Positions 6,971 to 14,168 of a stretch of 14,168 bases of DNA are shown piece by piece. Numbering within the stretch: the first letter of the stretch is position 1; every line of letters begins with the position of its first letter. The notes under the pieces were generated by a model. The model searched no databases, was not told the origin of the DNA, and saw nothing but the letters and a program-made list of their open reading frames with translations. Origin of the DNA: Pseudomonadota bacterium (GTDB lineage Bacteria > Bdellovibrionota > FAC87 > UBA2466); contig JAYSWN010000049.1 of the NCBI GenBank assembly GCA_043718025.1, forward strand, positions 1 to 14,168. The letters run 5' to 3'. A program made the position numbers and the translations under genes.

Positions 6971-7044
6971 GTAGTTTTTTGATCTGTGGTCGACACGACA
7001 TAAAAAACCTCTCGGGCTGGAACCGAACCGGAATCGAACACCAT
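6943..7044. repeat. Conserved cassette left end, copy b (palindrome + 32-bp motif)
   Basis: Perfect 20-bp palindrome GAACACTTCCGGAAGTGTTC (6943-6962) and CGGGCTGGAACCGAACCGGAATCGAACACCAT (7013-7044). Confidence 0.8.
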
Positions 7045-7202
7045 GAAGATGAGCTTAGTCGGCATGAGAGCTGCAAATTAAGTTAGTTGCGCTGCCTTCT
7101 AGGCACGAAGTTGCATGCGATGGTGGCAAAGCCCCAGATATCTTTACAAAAAGTGTCACCGCGCCTATTTTGCCCGAGATTCGAGTTTGAGCAGGAGAAC
7201 CT

Positions 7203-7790
7203 ATGAGACTGACCTCCCTAATTGCTTTCGTATTTGCGATAACATTGGCTAGCGGTGGGTTTGCAAACCACGCGCTGGAAGAAGGCGCTAGTGACCGCAC
7301 GAACGCAGGTGAAGAGGACCAAGAGAAGGCCTTCGTTAGGGCTTTGGGAGTTGTCTTTAAGGACCCGGCAACGGGCAAGCAAAAGACAGACAAGTACAAC
7401 GCTTATCTGAAGTGGCAAACGGACAGAACGGAGCTGGTTCGCCAGATCATAGATGCCGATACGGACTTAAAGAAACGCTCACTCGCTCGGAAACTTACGT
7501 CTTTGGACCAGGATTTTAGACTTTTCAATTCTGAAATCCTAAGAGCGATGGACGTTTTATCCGCAGCGGAGATTAAGCTTTATCCGGATGACGCCGCCTT
7601 CAAGAAAATTAAAGACCACGATGAAGAAACGTACGACACCTGGCAAAAAGATCGCTTAGTGGTTGTAGAGTCAATTAAGAAGGAATCAAACGATGAGAAA
7701 AAACGGTTCCTTGCCGGCAAACTCAATGCAATTGATCGAGGTTTCAAAATTCAGTTCATGGGATTTTTACTAGGCCTATCCGCCGATTAA
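7203..7790 (+). CDS. Hypothetical secreted protein with an internal duplication
   Basis: SD AGGAG upstream, signal-peptide-like N-terminus, and two Y..WQ.DR...KKR.LA.KL...D..F segments. Confidence 0.75.
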   Translation: MRLTSLIAFVFAITLASGGFANHALEEGASDRTNAGEEDQEKAFVRALGVVFKDPATGKQKTDKYNAYLKWQTDRTELVRQIIDADTDLKKRSLARKLTSLDQDFRLFNSEILRAMDVLSAAEIKLYPDDAAFKKIKDHDEETYDTWQKDRLVVVESIKKESNDEKKRFLAGKLNAIDRGFKIQFMGFLLGLSAD

Positions 7791-7811
7791 ACTGCAACAT
7801 CGGAATAGAGA

Positions 7812-8288
7812 CTAAGCTGCCGACGCCTTATCCTTCACAATCTTGTACTCAAGTTCGTATCCCAGCGCCGCTAAGAGCTTGATCATTTGATCGACCGTCT
7901 TTGTTTGATTCGCGGGATCGAGCAAGCGATAAAGCTGCGCCGGGGAAGTAGACAGCTTTCTAGCTAATTCCCGGCGGCTTAATTTCGAAGTCTTGATTCT
8001 ATCGAGGGCATCCACCGTCAGGCGATGAAGCAGTAATTTGGCCAAATATTCTGGGTCCCGGTTGTAATCAAGAAACGCATCCAGAGGGATAGAGTTTTCA
8101 TCTCCTGAATCGAGAACGTAGGTAATTCCTTCGCTGCCCATCTCCTTATCCACATAGACCTCGGCGATCTTATTTGAAGCTGTAGGAACAAGGCCCGACT
8201 TGGAGAAAGGGAGCACAAACTCGCCCTTTGGAGTCTCAATTTCAAAACATTTTCGATGGTTGTTGGCCAATACGCTTTTTATCTTCAC
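7812..8288 (-). CDS. Putative antitoxin with C-terminal XRE-type HTH
   Basis: HTH KLSRRELARKLSTSPAQLYRLLDP...TVDQMIKLLAALG. GTGA overlap with the upstream DUF4160 gene. Confidence 0.75.
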   Translation of the reverse strand: MKIKSVLANNHRKCFEIETPKGEFVLPFSKSGLVPTASNKIAEVYVDKEMGSEGITYVLDSGDENSIPLDAFLDYNRDPEYLAKLLLHRLTVDALDRIKTSKLSRRELARKLSTSPAQLYRLLDPANQTKTVDQMIKLLAALGYELEYKIVKDKASAA

Positions 8289-8479
8289 AGTTTTCCTTCC
8301 ATAACCAGTTCACTAATGATCTGCCTGAGCCTGCGGTCCATCTGCCCATCCATCACGACGCTTCGATCGAGGTTCCACTTGGCTATAAACTTACCGTCCT
8401 TATAAATATGGACATGTCTGGGCGAGTGATCTCCCTTCCATGTCACAAAGGTGTAGTTTCCTCGGCGGACCTTACTCAC
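8285..8479 (-). CDS. DUF4160-family putative toxin
   Basis: GDHSPRHVHIY motif. GTG start at 8479 inferred from the promoter position (the ORF track starts at 8515). Confidence 0.75.
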   Translation of the reverse strand: MSKVRRGNYTFVTWKGDHSPRHVHIYKDGKFIAKWNLDRSVVMDGQMDRRLRQIISELVMEGKL

Positions 8480-8485
8480 CAAATA

Positions 8486-8515
8486 ATAGTACCATACATG
8501 GTAACGCTTTATCAA
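8486..8515 (-). promoter_or_regulatory. Putative promoter with operator palindrome for the DUF4160/XRE pair
   Basis: TTGATA-18 nt-TACTAT, 6 nt before the GTG. Inverted repeat TACCAT-AC-ATGGTA (8490-8503) overlaps the -10. Confidence 0.55.
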
Positions 8516-8546
8516 GTGTTAGCTTTAGGCATGGTAGGGAGGCGCT

Positions 8547-9007
8547 TCAAACCTTGTCGGCCCACCTGTTAAAAACCTTTCTTATGCGAGAACGGTCCCA
8601 CTTTCCGCCGGTACGGCTGGGTATTTGCCTTTCATACAGGTAAGCGACGATCGCTTTCCACCCGAGGAGGTCCACTGTTCGCAGCTTTACGATGACGCGA
8701 ACAATCTTCATCTCGGAACGACTGACAACGAGCCGACCTTTGACTGCTCGAAACCCAAACGGTGGATTGCGATAGCGGTAGTTGTCTTTCCGGCGTCCGT
8801 GTCCGAGCAACGGACGAACACCTTCCTTTCTGAGTCGCGCCAGGACTGCTTGTTTGGAAAGGCCCGTTTGGTCTCCGATCTGGCTCGCTGTCAGTCCCTG
8901 TTGAGCAAATTCAGTGAAGACTCCGGAAGGAATTCGGCGAGGAGAATGGTAGTAATTAAGGAAATCAGATAGATAAAGGTGTTCGGGTATTGTCTCGTTC
9001 GGTCCAA
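8547..9007 (-). pseudogene. HTH + Recombinase-domain protein, copy 4 (divergent, 1-nt frameshift near the 5' end)
   Basis: The frame of ORF 8547-8810 extends upstream to 8975 as YLSDFLNYYHSPRRIPSGVFTEFAQQGLTASQIGDQTGLSKQAVLARLRKEG. There are only 5 nt between CGAAC and the Tyr codon, versus 6 in the other copies, so the TTG at 9007 is out of frame. Confidence 0.75.
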
Positions 9008-9028
9008 AAATTCCGCTAACGCGGAATT
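8981..9028. other. att-like site 4 (hybrid)
   Basis: GTTCG at 8981 and GTCCA with CC at 9004-9005 (offset 23 again), then the hairpin element as at site 1. Confidence 0.6.
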
Positions 9029-9168
9029 TTAGAAAATAGAAAATCGTAAATAGCTGAAAATAGATTAGAAATCTCGCCCGTCGGGCGGAATTTTTCCTCT
9101 ATTTTCTATTCTCGATTTTCCTCCGATTCCGAGTTCGGAGAGGGAAAAGAGAGGGAATTTTCCCTCTC
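9006..9168. repeat. Hairpin + heptamer-repeat structured element, copy 2
   Basis: Stem AAAATTCCGC(9007-9016)/GCGGAATTTT(9021-9030). TAGAAAA TAGAAAA TCGTAAA repeats. GGGCGGAATTTTTCCTCTA at 9083-9101. Complementary CTATTTT CTATTCT CGATTTT. Extra hairpins at 9075-9087, 9121-9140 and 9149-9168. Confidence 0.75.
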
Positions 9169-9334
9169 CATCTGCTTTTCTTCTTCGAATATCTCGCCAC
9201 TACAAAAATGATTTGAGCCTAGAAATCGCTGATTAACGCGAATCTTCGACTCAAATAGCACGAGGTGGGGAACCCCATTCCCCCCATCCCCATGGCTTCA
9301 CTAAATTACATAATTCCAATAAGTTATCACTGCG

Positions 9335-9363
9335 TTGATTTATACATCAATTTGATGTATAAT
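9335..9363 (+). promoter_or_regulatory. Sigma70 promoter with operator palindrome for the DUF4160/BrnA-like pair
   Basis: TTGATT-17 nt-TATAAT, 6 nt before GTG 9370. An inverted repeat with 11-bp arms, TTATACATCAA-T-TTGATGTATAA (9340-9362), fills the spacer. Confidence 0.7.
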
Positions 9364-9369
9364 ATACAT

Positions 9370-9612
9370 GTGAGTCCGACAGTCGCCCACTACAAGAGCG
9401 TTCGCTTCATGATTCGGACTAACGATCATCCGCCACCGCATATCCATGCGGTTAAGGACAGCTCGGAGGCGGTGGTAGAGATCCAAACGGGCAGAGTTGT
9501 TCGATCGCACGGTTTCAGCCAGCAGGACGTGGCCAGGATTGTGAAAGAGGTTTTGGCTACGAAGGAATTATTACAGGAGGAATGGGATGCCATCCACGAA
9601 GAACAAGATTGA
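9370..9612 (+). CDS. DUF4160-family putative toxin
   Basis: MSPTV...VRFMIRTNDHPPPHIHA...LLQEEWDAIH is the typical DUF4160 pattern. GTG start at 9370. Confidence 0.85.
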   Translation: MSPTVAHYKSVRFMIRTNDHPPPHIHAVKDSSEAVVEIQTGRVVRSHGFSQQDVARIVKEVLATKELLQEEWDAIHEEQD

Positions 9613-9847
9613 GCATGGCGCAAAGAACCAGCTGGATCATGACGAGTTTGATCCGAAACATGCAAAGTTTCGTGTCACGATGTTTATCGATTTGCCCATT
9701 CTCGAAACGATTCGCAATGAAGCGAAGAAAAAGGGACTTCCTTATCAAACGTATATTAATCAGTTGCTAAGAGAACATGTGGAAGGCGATCAGGATCAAA
9801 GAATCCGGGAGATAGTTCGAGATGAAGTAAAAAGGCTTCGAAAGTAA
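9587..9847 (+). CDS. BrnA/CopG-like ribbon-helix-helix antitoxin
   Basis: RVTMFIDLPILETIRNEAKKKGLPYQTYINQLLRE contains the BrnA-type YQT.IN..L motif. SD GGAGG upstream; overlaps the toxin gene. Confidence 0.8.
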   Translation: MPSTKNKIEHGAKNQLDHDEFDPKHAKFRVTMFIDLPILETIRNEAKKKGLPYQTYINQLLREHVEGDQDQRIREIVRDEVKRLRK

Positions 9848-9939
9848 ATTCGATGTCATTCGAACGTGTCGTGCCGAATTTCTCCGAGCGATATCCGGCA
9901 CAGTTACCAAGGCTTTGTTTCTAAGAATCGGTTGTGCGA

Positions 9940-10770
9940 TCAAGCGCCTCCGGCGCACTGACCCTCCTTATTTTGTCCCCAGCATTTGATTCCATTTTCA
10001 TCGAAAGCGCACGTGTGCCAATTTCCCAGGCCGACAGTTTTTGGAGATTTGAGTTTGGGGATCGTGCACTCGCCCGAATTGTTTTCGCCCCAACATTTTA
10101 ATCCCGTCTTATCTAGAGCGCAGGTGTGATAGCCTGCAGCGGCAACGAAATAAGGGGAATCCAATTCGGGAACTTTGGTTTGCCCGAATGCATTCGCGCC
10201 CCAACATTTCACTTTGCCCTCGTCCAGCACGCAGGTGTGCGCGCTGCCCGAAACAATTTCCGTCGGATGCGAGAGTTTAGGTATGGAAAGTTGGCCGACT
10301 TCGTTCCTTCCCCAACATTTCACGCCTTCAGAATCGATTGCGCAGGAGTGAAAAGCGCCCGCGGAAATTGCGATGGGCGACTTGAGTTTGGGAACGTTCG
10401 TCTGACCATAGCTGTTTAAGCCCCAGCACTTCACGCCTTTTGCGTCGAGTGCACACGTATAGCTATCTCCCAATGCTATCGCTTTGGGTTCGGTCAAAGC
10501 CGGAACCTTTGTTTGTCCGGATTTGTTGTGGCCCCAACATTTCACTCCCTCCGCGTCTATCGCACAACTGTGGAGCGCGCCGCTGGCGAGTGCGGTTGGT
10601 TTGTTTAGTTTCGGGGGCGTGATTTGCCCGGCTTGATTGCTTCCCCAACATTTTACGTGGTCGTCGATGAGTGCGCAGGTATGCCCGTAGCCGCCGGAAA
10701 TTAAGGGCGGTACGGCGGCCAACGCCGTTATGCCTAACAATGCGCAGGGCAAAATCATTCGGAAATGCAT
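9940..10770 (-). CDS. Secreted RCC1/BLIP-II repeat beta-propeller protein
   Basis: Seven ~37-aa repeats G..H(T/S)CA(L/I)D..GVKCWG.N..GQ. Signal peptide after ATG 10770; SD AGGAG upstream. Confidence 0.9.
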   Translation of the reverse strand: MHFRMILPCALLGITALAAVPPLISGGYGHTCALIDDHVKCWGSNQAGQITPPKLNKPTALASGALHSCAIDAEGVKCWGHNKSGQTKVPALTEPKAIALGDSYTCALDAKGVKCWGLNSYGQTNVPKLKSPIAISAGAFHSCAIDSEGVKCWGRNEVGQLSIPKLSHPTEIVSGSAHTCVLDEGKVKCWGANAFGQTKVPELDSPYFVAAAGYHTCALDKTGLKCWGENNSGECTIPKLKSPKTVGLGNWHTCAFDENGIKCWGQNKEGQCAGGA

Positions 10771-11048
10771 AGTTTCTCCTTGTTCCAATTAAGACGTAGT
10801 AGCGTCTCAAAATGCATCGTCCATTTTCTCTCGTCTGTGGGTTACTGGCTACAAATTTGGTTATCGCTCAAAAGCACGAAACCGCCCGGACGTAGAAGGC
10901 TTCGGACTTGCTCTTGTCCAACGGATGCACATGGTGAGCTGACATTCAAAACACAATGCAGTCGTACGGCGCCGGCGACCTGAAAGTAGCAATGTCCGCT
11001 TCCGTGACAAGAACGCGAGATTTATCGGCGGTGTGCACAGAATACTTG

Positions 11049-11534
11049 CTACCGTGTTTTATCAATCAGCTCCCGCCAGTCCTTTGGCATTTCCGCTTTC
11101 CGCAGGTGGTAGTCCGTAAATTTAAAGGCTTCGACAACGGCGTTCACGTCCCCATCGCCCTTAATCGCATCCTGATGGGGTTTTGATGCTACGAATCGTC
11201 GCATGCTATCAAAGTCGGTCCATACGGTGAGGTTCCAAAATTCGCGGTTCCGTCGAAAAGGGGCGAAACGTATTGCCCCAGGAGATCTCTTCAGCTCCTC
11301 AATGATGCCTGGAAAAAACTTAGCGATCCGCTCATTGGCATCTTTCTCGGTTTTAACCTTAAGATAACCGACGTTCACTAGGTAAACCGTCGTGTCATCC
11401 ATCTCCTTTATCTCTTGCCACTTTAGGGCTGAAGACTCCTCTAACGGACTTCGCTGGTCGCCTTTGTTTTTATCTGAGCAGGAAACAATTGCCAGTAGAC
11501 AGAGGATTACGTAGCAGCCTTTTATTAGTCTCAT
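11049..11534 (-). CDS. Lipoprotein with a DUF3291/ABM-like (dimeric alpha-beta barrel) domain
   Basis: Lipobox-like LAIVS-C and the segment LKRSPGAIRF...FWNLTVWTDFDSMRRFVASKPH..AI. Confidence 0.7.
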   Translation of the reverse strand: MRLIKGCYVILCLLAIVSCSDKNKGDQRSPLEESSALKWQEIKEMDDTTVYLVNVGYLKVKTEKDANERIAKFFPGIIEELKRSPGAIRFAPFRRNREFWNLTVWTDFDSMRRFVASKPHQDAIKGDGDVNAVVEAFKFTDYHLRKAEMPKDWRELIDKTR

Positions 11535-11593
11535 GAAGTCTCCCTATCTACTGAAAAATATTTCGTTTTAGCTAACATGCCCGACTCGTTGAG

Positions 11594-11704
11594 TCACTCG
11601 TAATTAAGATGATAACGGCGCCTGTTCTTGTAGCTCTTCCAGGTTCTCTCAAGCGTGGAATGACCCATTCAGACGCTAATGTTCTCGAGGGAGTGGCCCT
11701 TTGA
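11594..11704 (-). pseudogene. Tyrosine recombinase C-terminal remnant 1
   Basis: Manual translation SKGHSLENISV*MGHSTLERTWKSYKNRRRYHLNYE*. W-to-TGA nonsense codon at 11671-11669. Contains the MGHS...Y box II. Confidence 0.75.
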
Positions 11705-11706
11705 AT

Positions 11707-11844
11707 GGAATTGACCTTTACGCCGGAAGAAAGGGATTTACGGATCTGATGCTCGCCAAAGGACACGCTTTGGAGAACATCAGCGTATGGATGGGGCACT
11801 CCACCCTTGAGCGGACCTGGAAGAGTTATAAAAGCCGGCGCAAA
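11707..11844 (+). pseudogene. Tyrosine recombinase C-terminal remnant 2, cut by IS66
   Basis: GIDLYAGRKGFTDLMLAKGHALENISVWMGHSTLERTWKSYKSRRK aligns with the box II pattern HxLRHxFAT...LGHS...TxxY. Confidence 0.8.
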
Positions 11845-11920
11845 GTGAACGCTCCATCAACCCCACCTTTTAGCCCTTAGGAAATCCCGTACACTGAGCC
11901 TCTCAATCACGGAGGTTAAT

Positions 11921-12211
11921 GTGGATTCGACTATTCAATCGGAAAAAGTAGTGTCGTGGCCAGCTGAGGTGGCGCTGTTTGCGAAGCACACCGGATCTCT
12001 TGCTGGATTTTGCCGTTCGCGCGGACTGTCAGAAGTTCGGTTTCGTTATTGGGAGCAGAAGCTACGCAAATCCAGTGTGAGCAAGGTCGTTTCGGTGTCG
12101 CCGTTTGTTTCGGTGAAGGTGGAACCAAAAGCAACGGTTTCAACGGTGGGGCTTCCAGATCCGCGCTGGCTAGCGGAGTTAATTTTGCATCTGAACGGGT
12201 CTGGACAGTGA
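11921..12211 (+). CDS. tnpA: IS66 accessory protein TnpA
   Basis: SLAGFCRSRGLSEVRFRYWEQKL...FVSV pattern; SD GGAGG; first ORF inside the IRL. Confidence 0.85.
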   Translation: MDSTIQSEKVVSWPAEVALFAKHTGSLAGFCRSRGLSEVRFRYWEQKLRKSSVSKVVSVSPFVSVKVEPKATVSTVGLPDPRWLAELILHLNGSGQ

Positions 12212-12564
12212 AGTCGGTTAGAGAGTTTCTCGGCGTCTTTTTTCACCGCGAGCCAGTGGACATGCGTAAGGCGATAAATGGGCTCTCACAGTTGGTGGAG
12301 TCGGCCGGAATGGGCGAGATGATGGGGCCGAATCTTTTCGTGTTCTCGAATCGCCGCCGGGAGCTGATAAAGGTTTTGTATTTTGACCGGTCCGGATTCG
12401 CGCTGTGGATGAAGCGGCTGGAGAAGGACAAATTCCCCTGGCCAAAGAAGCACGAATCAACGGTGGTGAGCTTAAGCCCCGAGCAATTTGAATGGCTTCT
12501 CGATGGCTACGATGTTTGGAAGATGAAACCGTTCGAAAAATTGAATTACGCTCGGCTAAGTTAG
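12208..12564 (+). CDS. tnpB: IS66 accessory protein TnpB
   Basis: PVDMRKAINGL, LFVFSNRRRELIKVLYFDRSGF.LWMKRLEK..FPWP. GTG start overlaps the tnpA stop (GTGA). Confidence 0.93.
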   Translation: MKSVREFLGVFFHREPVDMRKAINGLSQLVESAGMGEMMGPNLFVFSNRRRELIKVLYFDRSGFALWMKRLEKDKFPWPKKHESTVVSLSPEQFEWLLDGYDVWKMKPFEKLNYARLS

Positions 12565-12601
12565 TGACTCCGATCTGTTTTTTGTTAGAGTGCGGCCATC
12601 G

Positions 12602-14140
12602 ATGGAACGAGCCGCAAATTTATTTTCCGACGCTGAATCGCTTCACATCGAAATCCAGAGTCTCAAATCGGTAGTTGCGCAGAGCGAACAGCGCCTCGCT
12701 TTGTACGAAGAAGAGAATTTCAATCTCTATGAGATCATTCGCAAGCTAAAGAAAGAGGCCTTTGGCCCTCGCAGGGAACGTTGGGAGAGCAATGAGCAAG
12801 TGCTTCTTTTTAACGAAGCGGAAAGTTGTGCCGCTAACGAAACGGCAGCGCCCGAGCCCGAGGTAGTAGTTCCCGCGCACACCCGCAAGCGCGGAAAAAG
12901 AGAACCCTTGCCGCAGAATCTCCCGCGCGAGGTTGTGGTTATTGATTTGCCCGAAGCCGAAAAAGTAGCGCCAGACGGAAGTCCCCTGCGAATGATGGGC
13001 GAAGAGGTTTCCGAAAAGCTCGTGTTTGAGCCCGCAGTGATGAAGATCATTGAGTATCACCGGCTAAAGTACGGCGGAGCCGAAGGGGCAGACACGGTAA
13101 AAATAGCCGCCGTTCCCCCATGCATCATCCCCAAGGGAATCGCTACTTCCTCTTTGCTTTCACAAATCGTCACAAGCAAGTTCGCTGACGGGCTGCCTCT
13201 GTACCGGCAAGAAGAGCAATTTGAAAGGCTTGGCGTCGATATCCATCGCTCCACAATGGGTCGGTGGATTATCCAAGCCGCCCAAACCTGCCAGGGTATC
13301 TGGAACGCTCTGGAAGAGCGGCTTATGAGTGAGCGTTACGTCACTTGCGATGAGACGCCCGTGCAGGTGCTCAAGGAAAAAGATCGAAAGGCAGAAAGCA
13401 AATCTTGGATGTGGGTCCGGGCTACGCCCGCGGCAGATAAGAAAATCGTTCTTTTTGACTACGATCCCTCTCGCTCTGGCGATGTGGCCAAAAAACTTTT
13501 CGCCGAGTACCAGGGCTTTTTCCAGGCCGATGGCTACGGCGCCTACAACGTGCTTGAACAAAACGCCGGAATCATTCGCATCGGCTGCAATATGCACGGG
13601 CGCCGCAAGTTTTTCGACGCAGCCGAGGGCTCGGCAAAAGGGCAGTCTCTCGCGAAAGAGGGGCTCGACTACTACCAAAATCTTTACGCGATCGAAAAAA
13701 GAGCCAAAGGGCTTTCCTTTTCTGATCGACACGCGCTTCGCCAAAACGAAGCAACCCCTTTGTGGGATGTAATGCACGAGTGGGCTCTGAAGCACAACGA
13801 GTCAGTGCCGCCGAAAAGTAAAATCGGAAAAGCCTTTCACTACTTCCTGGCCGAGTACGAATGCCTTCGAGGATATCTCAAGGATGGCTGCCTCGAAATG
13901 GACAACGGTTTCACCGAACGAGCCATAAAGTACTTCGCCATCGGCAGGAAGAACTGGATGTTCTCCGACACTGTCGCCGGAGCCAACTCCAGCAGCATCT
14001 TCTACAGCTTTGTCGTCACCGCAAAACTCAACGGTGTCGATCCCTACCAAGCGATGAAGAAAATCTTCGACGAGGTCCCGCTCTCAACCACCGCCGATGA
14101 CTACGATCGACTTGCCGATATTCTGCTCGGCATTCGATAG
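12602..14140 (+). CDS. tnpC: IS66 DDE transposase TnpC
   Basis: Motifs KFADGLPLYRQ, CDETPVQVL, FQADGY..Y, CNMHGRRKF, MDNGFTERAIK..AIGRKNWMF and TAKLNGVDP. Confidence 0.95.
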   Translation: MERAANLFSDAESLHIEIQSLKSVVAQSEQRLALYEEENFNLYEIIRKLKKEAFGPRRERWESNEQVLLFNEAESCAANETAAPEPEVVVPAHTRKRGKREPLPQNLPREVVVIDLPEAEKVAPDGSPLRMMGEEVSEKLVFEPAVMKIIEYHRLKYGGAEGADTVKIAAVPPCIIPKGIATSSLLSQIVTSKFADGLPLYRQEEQFERLGVDIHRSTMGRWIIQAAQTCQGIWNALEERLMSERYVTCDETPVQVLKEKDRKAESKSWMWVRATPAADKKIVLFDYDPSRSGDVAKKLFAEYQGFFQADGYGAYNVLEQNAGIIRIGCNMHGRRKFFDAAEGSAKGQSLAKEGLDYYQNLYAIEKRAKGLSFSDRHALRQNEATPLWDVMHEWALKHNESVPPKSKIGKAFHYFLAEYECLRGYLKDGCLEMDNGFTERAIKYFAIGRKNWMFSDTVAGANSSSIFYSFVVTAKLNGVDPYQAMKKIFDEVPLSTTADDYDRLADILLGIR

Positions 14141-14168
14141 CCTACCCTGTGGTTTGTGGAGCGTTCAC

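Larger units (their letters stand above)
6924..9005. mobile_element. Putative non-autonomous mini-island B (2082 bp between att cores)
   Basis: Same architecture as unit A: conserved left end, cargo (secreted protein, TA pair), HTH-recombinase gene, att arm. Confidence 0.55.
11845..14168 (+). mobile_element. IS66-family insertion sequence, complete (2324 bp)
   Basis: IRL GTGAACGCTCCATCAACC at 11845 matches IRR GGTTTGTGGAGCGTTCAC ending at 14168 (first 12 nt identical). tnpA-tnpB-tnpC layout. Confidence 0.95.

Noticed and set aside
7100..7115. Sigma54 promoter GGCACGAAGTTGC
   Set aside because: GG-to-GC spacing is 9 nt rather than the required 10.
10899..10922. CTTCG-N13-CCA with TTGTCCA as a possible empty attB
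   Set aside because: Short match, no second arm and no associated gene or end motif; compatible with chance.
11572..11799. 75-aa minus-strand ORF from the track
   Set aside because: It overlaps the two integrase remnants in the wrong frame or strand, and those explain the sequence better.
12010..12207. N-terminal extension of TnpB (184-aa call)
   Set aside because: It overlaps tnpA. The GTG at 12208 gives a normal-length IS66 TnpB coupled to the tnpA stop.
13160..13795. 211-aa minus-strand ORF and other ORFs inside tnpC
   Set aside because: Shadow ORFs of the transposase with no recognisable motifs.

Overview
An accessory region that starts inside the left end of an IS3-family element and ends exactly at the right end of a complete IS66-family element. 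Four copies of a small minus-strand gene (HTH plus serine-recombinase 'Recombinase' DNA-binding domain, no catalytic domain) lie at about 99-504, 1697-2176, 6461-6970 and 8547-9007. Each begins on the same att-like site, with GTTCG starting exactly 23 nt before a central CC. Sites 2 and 3 are symmetric 48-bp attP-like sites that continue CCACCA. Sites 1 and 4 switch right after CCA into a related hairpin/heptamer-repeat element. The sites divide the region into cassette-like units of 1660, 4761 and 2082 bp. Their cargo is a four-helix-bundle protein, a RimJ/RimL GNAT, NmrA, a SnoaL-like protein, a truncated primase-helicase, two toxin-antitoxin (TA) pairs and a secreted protein. To the right lie a third TA pair, an RCC1-repeat protein, a lipoprotein and two back-to-back tyrosine-recombinase C-terminal remnants. 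My best interpretation, which is inference, is a tandem array of non-autonomous mini-islands moved in trans by a large serine recombinase (LSR) that probably targets a tRNA 3' end. Neither that recombinase nor the tRNA is in the window. All family assignments are by eye, without database searches.
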